IMG/VR virus record: IMGVR_UViG_3300006155_000030
DNA from: a virus
Strand: one strand, 5' to 3'
DNA: 43,889 nucleotides
The position numbers were made by a program, and so were the translations under genes. A model generated the notes under the pieces. That model made no database searches, was not told the DNA's origin, and saw nothing but the letters and a program-made list of their open reading frames with translations. Positions 23,094 to 30,785 of the stretch are shown here, in pieces. How positions within the stretch are numbered: the first letter of the stretch is position 1; each line of letters opens with the position of its first letter.

Positions 23094-24008
23094 CTACAAT
23101 CTCTGTATATGCAACCTGTATTCTGTCCGTTCTGGCACCGTATAGGATTTCTTCTGTATGCACTTTCTCTGCACCAGATAATCTCCAGTAATAACCTTCT
23201 CGCGCTCTCCGACCTTGCTTTTTATAGCCTTGTCAACCTCACTGTGTTCTTCAACATACTTTTTCAAATCGTATTTTCGCGAAATCAAGTCGTTCAGTTC
23301 ACCATCCAATTCCACATCCGGCTCAACACCCTTGTGTATGCCGCAGATATGTGCTAACTTACAGCCTTCACACATCGCCATGTCTTCCACTGCATCCGGC
23401 TCTTTCTTATCCTCTATAGCCTTGTAAATCCGTTCTGCCTTTTTCAAAAGTCCGTCTGCCATATCCCAGTCAAAGTCCATGCGTATCATTTTGGTTTCTC
23501 CTGTCAATTTGTTTGTAAGAGCGAAAAATCCGTACATCTTACCAAAGTGATACATATAAATCTGAAGCTGCGCTGGATACTGCCGGATGTAATACCGTTT
23601 TGAGTGCAAGAAATCCTCTACCGTGTTCAGCTTGTCAAACTCAAACGGGGATATACCCTTGACCTCGACAGGGATCAGTTCCCCGTTCTCATCCTTAATG
23701 CGCAAATCTTCCCTACCAGTAATCAGCGGGTTTTCTATCTGAAAACTCCACTGTGTCGGTGTTATGACTTCATAACCGGCCTCTTTCAGGTTGTTGATCG
23801 TATGCGTCTCCAACGTGTTCCCCAAGTCAAACACATTCTGCAAGCCCACATCGTGCGGCTGCTGTTCCTCCCACCGCGTAATCAGCAAATACAAATACCT
23901 TTCACATGGATGCCCTATATTTGACGCCCTCAAATTCCGGCATGGATATACCTTTATCTTCGCCTCTTTCGCCGCCGAAAGCCTTTCATTAATTTCCTGT
24001 GCTGTCAT
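23094..24008 (-). CDS. PD-(D/E)XK exonuclease, Cas4/RecB-like with Cys cluster
   Basis: 304 aa. Contains GREDLRIKD...IPVEVKG (D..EVK core), an N-terminal Cys (GHPCERY) and C-terminal CEGCKLAHIC, i.e. a Cas4-like Fe-S arrangement. Confidence 0.75.
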   Translation of the reverse strand: MTAQEINERLSAAKEAKIKVYPCRNLRASNIGHPCERYLYLLITRWEEQQPHDVGLQNVFDLGNTLETHTINNLKEAGYEVITPTQWSFQIENPLITGREDLRIKDENGELIPVEVKGISPFEFDKLNTVEDFLHSKRYYIRQYPAQLQIYMYHFGKMYGFFALTNKLTGETKMIRMDFDWDMADGLLKKAERIYKAIEDKKEPDAVEDMAMCEGCKLAHICGIHKGVEPDVELDGELNDLISRKYDLKKYVEEHSEVDKAIKSKVGEREKVITGDYLVQRKCIQKKSYTVPERTEYRLHIQRL

Positions 24009-24750
24009 TCGTACCGCCTCCCGCAGACGCTACTTTTTGGCAATCCATACAGTACATGTGACCGTCATAACGGCTCTGTGAGTAAGATGCTACTTTCTGA
24101 CTGATAGACGCGCCACATTTCTCACATTTTAAGCCGGAATCTGCCGCTTTGCTTGCGCCGCCTTTTCCTCCGTCCTTAAAGGTATAACCCTTAATCTTTC
24201 CCGTATCAATTCCAGCTTCCTCAAGCGTCCTAGCATCAATACCACGAAGACCGGGGATGATACGCTTGATACCGTTATTAATGCAGTTTGTGTACGCTGC
24301 CTGGCGTACGTTTCTTTCAGAGATTTCATCCACGGGCTTTCTTGCGTCCGGCTTGCCGCCAAAGAAATCATCCTTCATGCTGCGGCTTCCTTCGCACTCA
24401 ATAAACTGACCGCGCATCTCGAACCGCCCTTTATATGTAAAAGTCTTGTAACCCTCTGTGTCGCACTCAATCTTAGGCTCTCCAATTTTCCAGCTTATGC
24501 CAAACAGCCGCGCTACCTTTGTTGCGCCAGACTCTTGCAAATATGGCTTGCCGCCGATCAGCGTCCAGTCATGCTCTGATGTAATCTTAAGCGCTGCTGA
24601 CATGATCTTGTTCATGGCGGTAATCATCTTGTCCGCCTTTTCTGCAAGATACATAATATTATCTGTAGATGTATCCAGAATCCCCGTGCTGCGGTCCCCT
24701 GCGTCCATAGCCTGCATAGGCTCCATAATTTCAATACTTGTGTTATCCAT
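23989..24750 (-). CDS. putative single-strand annealing/recombination protein with C-terminal zinc ribbon
   Basis: 253 aa directly upstream of the exonuclease, the classic exo + annealase pairing. The C-terminus has CEKCG...CMDCQ. Family not identified by eye. Confidence 0.45.
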   Translation of the reverse strand: MDNTSIEIMEPMQAMDAGDRSTGILDTSTDNIMYLAEKADKMITAMNKIMSAALKITSEHDWTLIGGKPYLQESGATKVARLFGISWKIGEPKIECDTEGYKTFTYKGRFEMRGQFIECEGSRSMKDDFFGGKPDARKPVDEISERNVRQAAYTNCINNGIKRIIPGLRGIDARTLEEAGIDTGKIKGYTFKDGGKGGASKAADSGLKCEKCGASISQKVASYSQSRYDGHMYCMDCQKVASAGGGTNDSTGN

Positions 24751-24753
24751 TCC

Positions 24754-24915
24754 CTAATCCTCCTGCCTTTCATAAATTATAAAACTGCTCCCCTTGCCAT
24801 CCACAACCTTGCCTTTTTTGATACTGACTGTATATCCGGCCTTCACCAAAAGCCGTGCAATATCAAGCTGTTCCTCCTTTGTAATAGCAGATGCTGTAAA
24901 TTTTAATTTGACCCA
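24754..24915 (-). other. start-less 53-codon ORF in frame behind the TGA of 24916..25341
   Basis: Reads ..GAG GAA TGA TGG GTC AAA.., giving W-VKLKFTASAITKEEQLDIARLLVKAGYTVSIKKGKVVDGKGSSFIIYERQED-stop. There is no in-frame ATG/GTG/TTG before codon 23. Confidence 0.3.
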
Positions 24916-25341
24916 TCATTCCTCCTTAACCCAATTCCCAGAATAGAACCACTCCATAAATATTACTTTAAACTCTTGTTTTAAATCCTCATCCAGAGAA
25001 ATCCTTTCCATAGCATATTCATATGCATCCTCCTCTGGGACAAAGATCCCAGTTCCCAACTCCGTATATCCTGCACCTCTTAATTTTTCGCTAACTTCTA
25101 AAGGAGTATTCTGTTCCCATTCTCCATCTACCACCATGCGGTTTTCTAATTGATATACCATTGCACTTTCCTTTTTTTCTGCATATTCATCCATAGCAAT
25201 ACCAAGAAAAAAACTCCCAAATCCTAAAAAAGCCATGGATGCTTCCATCCCGATTCCAAACTCGATTGCTCCTGCTATTCCTCCAAGGCCTATTAAAGCG
25301 CACCAAAAACCAATGCCGCCTATAATCTCATGCCATTTCAT
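24916..25341 (-). CDS. membrane protein (two TM N-terminus)
   Basis: 141 aa with GGIGFWCALIGLGGIAGAIEFGI and MAFLGFGSFFLGIAM, then a soluble acidic domain. Confidence 0.5.
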   Translation of the reverse strand: MKWHEIIGGIGFWCALIGLGGIAGAIEFGIGMEASMAFLGFGSFFLGIAMDEYAEKKESAMVYQLENRMVVDGEWEQNTPLEVSEKLRGAGYTELGTGIFVPEEDAYEYAMERISLDEDLKQEFKVIFMEWFYSGNWVKEE

Positions 25342-25598
25342 TTCGCCGCCCCCTTGTCCAGATAAAGAGCGTCCAATATGTCTTCTTTGGGAATTTCCAA
25401 AGTTTTTATGTATGCCCGAAGCTCCCCCAGCGTAATCTTGTCCGGGTCGCGCAAGTGCTTGTAAAATGTCGGCATACTAATACGGGCTTTTGCAACCAGC
25501 TTTTCCCGGTTAGTTCCCGTCCTCTCCATGCATGACCTGATTGACCGGGAAAGACTTATATTTTTATCCGTCCATATCCCGAGCGATACTTTTCCCAT
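25338..25598 (-). CDS. HTH DNA-binding protein (early)
   Basis: 86 aa. REKLVAKARISMPTFYKHLRDP looks like an XRE/Cro-type HTH. Confidence 0.5.
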   Translation of the reverse strand: MGKVSLGIWTDKNISLSRSIRSCMERTGTNREKLVAKARISMPTFYKHLRDPDKITLGELRAYIKTLEIPKEDILDALYLDKGAAK

Positions 25599-25603
25599 TT
25601 CCT

Positions 25604-25756
25604 TTACCTCCCCGCAAAATAAATAATCATATAAAGGGCGATAAACCCCATCACCATTGCCACCATGCCCGCGGCAAAGTAGCAGATAAATTTCAGCCGC
25701 TCAAAACTCATCGGCTCCCGGCCTTTCTTGCCGCTCCTTAAAATGATTTCTTCCAT
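25604..25756 (-). CDS. small membrane protein (50 aa), putative
   Basis: Hand-translated MEEIILRSGKKGREPMSFERLKFICYFAAGMVAMVMGFIALYMIIYFAGR with SD AAGGAGGAAAGTATG. Confidence 0.4.
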   Translation of the reverse strand: MEEIILRSGKKGREPMSFERLKFICYFAAGMVAMVMGFIALYMIIYFAGR

Positions 25757-25877
25757 ACTTTCCTCCTTATCTTGCGATTTCCAGAGGAAAATGATATAAT
25801 TCTCTCTGTAATCGCATTAGTCTGGTTAATGTGGTTACAGTCCCGGTTGGTGTTGCCGCACCGCCGGGGCGTTTTTG

Positions 25878-26018
25878 TTAGATAAACCTAAATTCTCCAT
25901 CGCTGCGCATGTTTAGCGCGTCCACTATTTCTCTTGCCCACCCTTCCGTGTCGGCCTGTGCAATCATGTACCATATATCCGGGTCTAATGTGCTTCTTTT
26001 TTGGATTTCATATTTCAT
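25878..26018 (-). CDS. small hypothetical protein (46 aa)
   Basis: Hand-translated MKYEIQKRSTLDPDIWYMIAQADTEGWAREIVDALNMRSDGEFRFI with SD TAGGGGGTATGTAAATG. Confidence 0.35.
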   Translation of the reverse strand: MKYEIQKRSTLDPDIWYMIAQADTEGWAREIVDALNMRSDGEFRFI

Positions 26019-26114
26019 TTACATACCCCCTATATTGAATTTGATCCCCTTATCTCCTATACTGTAAGTACCAGACTGTCATCTGGAATACGAAAGAAAG
26101 GAGATAAAACACAT

Positions 26115-26306
26115 ATGACAAAATTTTGTCCATTCATGAGCAAAGACCCATCCATTCCAGATAAGTCAAGCACAGACAAAAATATGATTCCTTGTATGGA
26201 TACCTGTTCTTTGTACTGGAAGGGATTCTGTTCAATTAACATCCTCGCCCAAAAAGCGATACATGACGGCGAAAAAGAAAAGAAGGACAAATCAGTCTCT
26301 GAATAA
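26115..26306 (+). CDS. small Cys-containing protein (63 aa)
   Basis: Start at ATG 26115 (MTKFCPFMSKDPS...) with SD GAAAGGAGATAAAACACATATG. The track ORF starts earlier without an SD. Converges on 26292..26516. Confidence 0.35.
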   Translation: MTKFCPFMSKDPSIPDKSSTDKNMIPCMDTCSLYWKGFCSINILAQKAIHDGEKEKKDKSVSE

Positions 26307-26516
26307 TTCTTTTCCGTCAAGGCGGCAAGCGATATGTTGCGAAGGGTAATCGACTCTACTTGCACTTTCTTTCTCTACCAAAGAATGCGCACCGATTCCC
26401 TTCGCTGTATCTGCCGATTTGCAAAGTTCATAAAAAGTCAGTCCTTCCTCTGCCGCAAGATTGATAATCTTCTTGGCGAACTCCTCTGTCTTTTCATAAA
26501 ATTCTTTTCCTTCCAT
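26292..26516 (-). CDS. hypothetical early protein (74 aa)
   Basis: Start at ATG 26516 (MEGKEFYEKTEEF...) with SD GGGGAGGTGAGGGAAATG. Second gene of the rightward-facing early operon. Confidence 0.4.
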   Translation of the reverse strand: MEGKEFYEKTEEFAKKIINLAAEEGLTFYELCKSADTAKGIGAHSLVEKESASRVDYPSQHIACRLDGKELFRD

Positions 26517-26775
26517 TTCCCTCACCTCCCCTCTGCACCAGAACCTTGTCCGGCTCTTTGCCTGCATTCTCTTTGAAAAGAACACGAATAGGTATGTCCG
26601 GAAAATATGTTCTTTGGATGTTGAATGCTTCATCCAGATTCAAGCATGAACGCCCAGATAACTTTCTCGAAAGTGTATCTCTGTTCATGCCGATTCCTTT
26701 TGCAATATCCATGATTGTCAAATCTTTTCTTGCCATTTCAGCCCTTACATTTTCGTACATCACACAACTTTTCAA
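26494..26775 (-). CDS. Cro-like HTH regulator
   Basis: HTH MARKDLTIMDIAKGIGMNRDTLSRKLSG. Divergent from the CI-like gene. The start is uncertain: TTG 26775 lies 5 nt after GGAGGTGG, and ATG 26760 is the alternative. Confidence 0.6.
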   Translation of the reverse strand: MKSCVMYENVRAEMARKDLTIMDIAKGIGMNRDTLSRKLSGRSCLNLDEAFNIQRTYFPDIPIRVLFKENAGKEPDKVLVQRGGEGNGRKRIL

Positions 26776-26815
26776 TGCTTCCACCTCCAATCGCTCATTG
26801 AGTGATTACAAGTAC

Positions 26816-26844
26816 ATTAAATCACGCTATGAATGATTTGTCAA
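26816..26844 (-). promoter_or_regulatory. early promoter (PR-like), sigma-70 consensus type
   Basis: Minus strand TTGACA-AATCATTCATAGCGTGA(17)-TTTAAT. The -10 is overlapped by the dyad GTGATTACAAGTACATTAAATCAC (26802-26825). Confidence 0.7.
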
Positions 26845-26865
26845 CACATATTTTGAAAATAAATC

Positions 26866-26893
26866 TTGCAATGCGTGATTTTTTATGTATAAT
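26866..26893 (+). promoter_or_regulatory. repressor promoter (PRM-like)
   Basis: Plus strand TTGCAA-16 nt-TATAAT (TG immediately upstream of the -10), 27 nt before the CI-like start. A TGATTT half-site lies in the spacer. Confidence 0.6.
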
Positions 26894-26919
26894 GTAAGAT
26901 ATAGGAAGGAGGGAAACAG

Positions 26920-27699
26920 ATGGATGTATACGAAGTTTTATCGGATATAATGGCTTATGAAGGACTTTCAATAGCACAAGTGGCAAAGAAATGTGGTCTT
27001 CCAGATTCTACGGTTAGAGGCATTACAACCAGAAAACAAAAAACTGTCTCACTTGATGTTGCATATAAACTTTCTGATGGATTAGGTGTTTCACTCGAAC
27101 GATTGAACGGGATGAAAGACCCCAATGAAAATAAAGAAAGAAGTTATTATGAAACTCATGCCACGGATAAGGAATTTGAGGACATTATAAGAAAATATCG
27201 TATTATATCCGAATATTCCCCGGACGGAGCAGTCGTGGTTGATACGGTACTGGATAGGGAGTATGCTATTGCGGAGAAGTTGAGGGAGCAGAAAGAGCAG
27301 TTGGAAAAGGTTCAGAGGATGAATATAGAAGTATCGGAAGAACTTATACCATTAAGGCTGTGGGCTTATTACGGGAAAATCGCTTGCGCCGGAACTGGAT
27401 TTATATTTGATGATATTCCATCAGATACCGTTCAAGCCCCGGACGCAAACGCAGACTTTATAATAGGTGTAAACGGTGATTCTATGGAGCCTGACTATTC
27501 TGACGGAGAAAAACTGTATATTAAAAAGGTAGAGCGTATAAATCCGGGCGAAGTCGGCATATTCACTATCAATAATGAATGTTTCTTGAAAGAATATGGA
27601 AAAGACGGGCTTGTTTCCAGAAATAAAAAGTATGACGATATTCCGGGAAACGAAGATGTACGTCTAATTGGGAAAGTAGTTGGAAAAGTTGAGGAATAA
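26920..27699 (+). CDS. CI-like repressor (XRE HTH + S24 LexA-type peptidase)
   Basis: 259 aa. N-terminal HTH LSIAQVAKKCGLPDSTVRGI, C-terminal GDSMEP..K catalytic pattern of S24 autopeptidases. SD GGAAGGAGGGAAACAGATG. Confidence 0.9.
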   Translation: MDVYEVLSDIMAYEGLSIAQVAKKCGLPDSTVRGITTRKQKTVSLDVAYKLSDGLGVSLERLNGMKDPNENKERSYYETHATDKEFEDIIRKYRIISEYSPDGAVVVDTVLDREYAIAEKLREQKEQLEKVQRMNIEVSEELIPLRLWAYYGKIACAGTGFIFDDIPSDTVQAPDANADFIIGVNGDSMEPDYSDGEKLYIKKVERINPGEVGIFTINNECFLKEYGKDGLVSRNKKYDDIPGNEDVRLIGKVVGKVEE

Positions 27700-27747
27700 T
27701 TAAACCGTTACGACGATTTAATAAAAATTTAAAAAAGGGAGGAAAGT

Positions 27748-28023
27748 ATGGAACAAAAATATTGTAAACACTGTGGAGAACTCATAGATAAAGATTGCGT
27801 TGTTTGCCCGAAATGCGGAAAGCAAGTTGAAGAATTATCCGGAGTTGATAAAAATATTATTATTAACAATTCTTCCAGTGCGTCAGCCGCCGCGTCATCT
27901 ACAGTGACAGCACCAACAAAAAGAAAGAAAAAATATAATTTTTTATTAGACCTTATTCTTATTTGCTGTACAGGCGGATTATGGATAATATGGATGATTG
28001 TCAGACCAAAGTATGAGTATTAA
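27748..28023 (+). CDS. zinc-ribbon + C-terminal TM protein (prophage-expressed; possible exclusion function)
   Basis: 91 aa with CKHCG..CPKCG, a Ser/Ala-rich linker and the TM segment FLLDLILICCTGGLWIIWMIV. SD AAGGGAGGAAAGTATG. Located between the repressor and the integrase. Confidence 0.6.
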   Translation: MEQKYCKHCGELIDKDCVVCPKCGKQVEELSGVDKNIIINNSSSASAAASSTVTAPTKRKKKYNFLLDLILICCTGGLWIIWMIVRPKYEY

Positions 28024-28179
28024 AAGAAAAAACCGCCCGGCGCTACCAACACCGAACGGCTTACATAGATACCAGAAGATGATACCTACAACCCAAAAAT
28101 ATTGTATCATCTTCGGGGGCGGCTTGCAAGCGGATTTCCCGCAGGCTGTTATTTTTTTACAAAAAAGGAGGATGATACC

Positions 28180-29214
28180 ATGGCAACAGCAAAAAAACTA
28201 CCGTCCGGCAACTGGCGCTGCCAAGTCTACGATTACACGGACGGAGCTGGGAAACGGCATTACAAGTCCTTTACGGCCGCCACGAAAAGGGGAGCGGAGC
28301 ATCTGGCCGCAGAATACGCCGACACAAAAAAGGAGCGGCCGCAGCCGCTTAAGGTGACAGTGGGCAAGGCGCTGGATAATTATATCAATATCAAAAGCAA
28401 TGTATTATCCCCCAGCACGGTAAGGGGGTACCGCGCGATGAGAAGCAGCAACTATTCCGATATCGAAGATATCCTGCTGGAAGACCTCACGCAGGAAGTG
28501 GTGCAGATATGGGCAAACTCCTTGGCTGCAAAGAAAAATGCCAAAACGGTTAAAAACGCCCATGGGCTGCTGTCGGCCATGCTCTCCGTGTATATGCCAG
28601 ATTTCATGCTCCGTACCGCCCTTCCGAAAAAGCAGAAGGAAGTGCCGTACATACCAACAGAAAGCGATATAAGGCTCATAATGGAGTTTTTCAAGGAAAA
28701 GGATACAGAAATGCTTAAGGCGGTTTACCTGGCCGCGTTCGGCACGCTGCGGCGTTCAGAGATATGCGGGTTGACCGGGGAAGATATAGAGGGGAATGTG
28801 ATCCACGTCCACTCGGCTGTTGTTATGGATGATTCGGCTAACTGGATCAAAAAAAATACAAAAACATCTTCCAGCGACAGATATATACCTCTTCCAGATT
28901 TCGTAATCGATGCGCTGCCAAAAAGCGGCAATGTAGTTCTAATTGAACCTTCCAAAATATCTGCACGGTTTTCGTCCGCATTGAAAAGACTTTCCATACC
29001 TCATTTCCGCTTCCATGATTTGCGCCATTATTCGGCCAGCATCATGCACGCGATCGGCATCCCGGATCAATATATCATGCAGCGGGGCGGTTGGAGTTCG
29101 GATGGGGTTTTAAAATCAATTTACCGCAATACCATGGACGATTACGCCAAAAAATTTAGCAGCCAGATCAACGATTATTTTAAAAATGCAACACAAAATA
29201 TCACACAAGAATAG
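28180..29214 (+). CDS. int: tyrosine integrase
   Basis: Start at ATG 28180 (MATAKKLPSGNWRCQVY) with SD AAAAGGAGGA. The C-terminal catalytic region is LRRSE..HFRFHDLRHY..GGWSS..LKSIYRN (R..HxxR..Y). Confidence 0.9.
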   Translation: MATAKKLPSGNWRCQVYDYTDGAGKRHYKSFTAATKRGAEHLAAEYADTKKERPQPLKVTVGKALDNYINIKSNVLSPSTVRGYRAMRSSNYSDIEDILLEDLTQEVVQIWANSLAAKKNAKTVKNAHGLLSAMLSVYMPDFMLRTALPKKQKEVPYIPTESDIRLIMEFFKEKDTEMLKAVYLAAFGTLRRSEICGLTGEDIEGNVIHVHSAVVMDDSANWIKKNTKTSSSDRYIPLPDFVIDALPKSGNVVLIEPSKISARFSSALKRLSIPHFRFHDLRHYSASIMHAIGIPDQYIMQRGGWSSDGVLKSIYRNTMDDYAKKFSSQINDYFKNATQNITQE

Positions 29215-29249
29215 AAAAGTGCTATATTTAAAGCAATTCCATTCCTGTG

Positions 29250-29277
29250 TGTGTGGGTTCAAGTCCCATCTTCCGCA
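29250..29277 (+). other. attP core candidate: 3' portion of a tRNA gene (T arm + acceptor strand)
   Basis: GTGGG/TTCAAGT/CCCAT-CTTCCGC-A lies 40 nt after the int stop. No matching 5' acceptor or D arm occurs upstream, so it is a fragment, as expected for phages that integrate into a tRNA 3' end. Confidence 0.7.
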
Positions 29278-29286
29278 GTTTTTATA

Positions 29287-29339
29287 AAACCCCATATTTG
29301 CGATAGGCAAATAAAAAGCCTTGCAAATATGGGGTTTTT
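29287..29339. terminator. bidirectional Rho-independent terminator
   Basis: AAAA-CCCCATATTTGC (29290-29301) pairs with GCAAATATGGGG (29323-29334), followed by TTTTT. It sits between the convergent int and endolysin genes. Confidence 0.8.
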
Positions 29340-29425
29340 AATTATTACCAAAAATAAAAAAATTAAATAGAATATAATAAAATATTATGTAATATAAAAT
29401 TATGCAACACGAAATGCAACACAAG

Positions 29426-30211
29426 TTAATTAATCGCCGTCCATGTTTTTACCCCCACAATCCCATCAACAATAAGACTGTTTTCTGCCTGAAATGCTTT
29501 TACTGCTTCTAATGTTTTTTTACCAAAAATTCCGTCAATATTACCAACCCCATAACCTTTTGCCGTAAGACGCTGCTGCAGATATGTCACATCATCACCA
29601 CGGCTTCCTGTTTTAATAGTGCTGCGTTTCGGAGCAGTTCCCTGAAGATTCCCATAATATATATTCATGTCTACATTGGATGGTATGCCTGATATCCTGC
29701 CTTTTGAAGAATGCTGCCACATAAACGGATTGTATCCGTCTATATTAGAATTATACCTTGCCAGCCACAAGGGATATTTGCTAAGATCACCAAATTTATT
29801 TTCTATATAATCAATATTTGAATAGACCCCAACCTCATAACCTTTGGCAGACAAATAATCACAAAAAGCTTTTACGCTATCCGTCCGGCCTTCTTTTGTT
29901 TGCGGATTGCGCTTATCGGAATCATACTCCCAGTCAGCCCATACCCGCATAGTAATAATATCCTTATAACCCTCAATGCATTTTTCGCACATTTTGGCAT
30001 TAAGGACGGCCTCGTCCTTGTTGGCGGCATAAATAAACCAGTAAATGCCTATTTTTACTCCAGCCGTATGAGCGCCACAGATATTATTGATAAACTGCTT
30101 GTCCATCTGCGACTTTCCATATCCGGCTCGAATAATCGCAAAATCTATTGACTGGCTTGCTTTTTTCCAGTCAATTTTTCCATTATGGTACGATACATCA
30201 ATCCCTTTCAT
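29426..30211 (-). CDS. endolysin: GH25 muramidase + PG_binding_1 domain
   Basis: 261 aa. MKGIDVSYHNGKIDW..DFAIIRAGYG is a GH25 N-terminus. The C-terminal ..GDDVTYLQQRLTAKGY..IDGIFGKKTLEAVKAFQ is a peptidoglycan-binding repeat. Confidence 0.9.
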   Translation of the reverse strand: MKGIDVSYHNGKIDWKKASQSIDFAIIRAGYGKSQMDKQFINNICGAHTAGVKIGIYWFIYAANKDEAVLNAKMCEKCIEGYKDIITMRVWADWEYDSDKRNPQTKEGRTDSVKAFCDYLSAKGYEVGVYSNIDYIENKFGDLSKYPLWLARYNSNIDGYNPFMWQHSSKGRISGIPSNVDMNIYYGNLQGTAPKRSTIKTGSRGDDVTYLQQRLTAKGYGVGNIDGIFGKKTLEAVKAFQAENSLIVDGIVGVKTWTAIN

Positions 30212-30221
30212 CTGGCTGCCT

Positions 30222-30461
30222 CTACTTTCTTAAGTCTTTTAAATGCTCGTCAGCTATAATGGCCGCCTGTGTAAAACTATTGTTTTTCCACCACGCACAC
30301 AGTGACGCTCCTACAGTCAAAGCCATGGACACGGCCTGCCCGAAATCCTCGTCCGCAAACGGGAGAGGGCTATAGCCGCTGATTGTCAGCACTTGGTTGA
30401 TAAGTGCAAAAACTAATACCGCAGTTCTCACGATGGTTCCTGTTTCAATTTTCTTTTTCAT
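30222..30461 (-). CDS. holin (phi LC3-type)
   Basis: 79 aa. IVRTAVLVFALINQVLTISGYSPLPF plus a second TM segment. Located between XhlA and the lysin. Confidence 0.75.
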   Translation of the reverse strand: MKKKIETGTIVRTAVLVFALINQVLTISGYSPLPFADEDFGQAVSMALTVGASLCAWWKNNSFTQAAIIADEHLKDLRK

Positions 30462-30721
30462 GGTTTTATACCTTCTTTCTTTTCTAAATTATCAATACGG
30501 TGGTTAGCCGTTCTGATTCGTTCCTCCATCACATCAGCCCGTGCCTCCAGCCTGTCCACGCGCCCGTCCATGACAGAGCAGTTTTCACACTGCTTTTTCA
30601 ATTTTTCCTCAAGCTGTGTTACACGGTATGTAAGCACCTTTGCGCTACCAACGACACCTACAACGGAACCTATCAGACTTGCAACAGCCGGTATGATGAT
30701 GTTAAGTAATTCGTTTGACAT
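30458..30721 (-). CDS. xhlA: XhlA-like hemolysin/lysis accessory protein
   Basis: Start at ATG 30721 (MSNELLNIIIPAVASLIGSVVGVVG: TM), then a coiled coil (RVTQLEEKLKKQ..RVDRLEARADVMEERI). Confidence 0.7.
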   Translation of the reverse strand: MSNELLNIIIPAVASLIGSVVGVVGSAKVLTYRVTQLEEKLKKQCENCSVMDGRVDRLEARADVMEERIRTANHRIDNLEKKEGIKP

Positions 30722-30751
30722 ATAAACACCTCTCAAACATTTCTTAAGTAT

Positions 30752-30785
30752 ATGATACCTTACGAAAGACTGGACATTGTACCAT
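30752..30785 (-). promoter_or_regulatory. phage late-type promoter (TGGTACAA box + -10) for the lysis cassette
   Basis: Minus strand ATGGTACAATGTCCAGTCTTTCGTAAGGTATCAT with the same geometry. It overlaps the last codons of small ORF 30760..30885. Confidence 0.55.

Noticed and set aside
25967-25973. Additional TGGTACA-type boxes at 25967-25973, 12640-12645 and 32713-32718
   Set aside because: These are variant boxes (TGGTACAT or CGGTACAAAC) where the hexamer at the fixed 22-nt distance is not -10-like (GAAGGG, GAATGT). The one at 32685-32718 has only a weak TACAAA. They are not counted among the ten promoters.
29250-29277. A complete tRNA gene next to the integrase
   Set aside because: Only the T arm and 3' acceptor strand are present, with no complementary 5' acceptor or D arm upstream. 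It is interpreted as the attP core rather than a gene.
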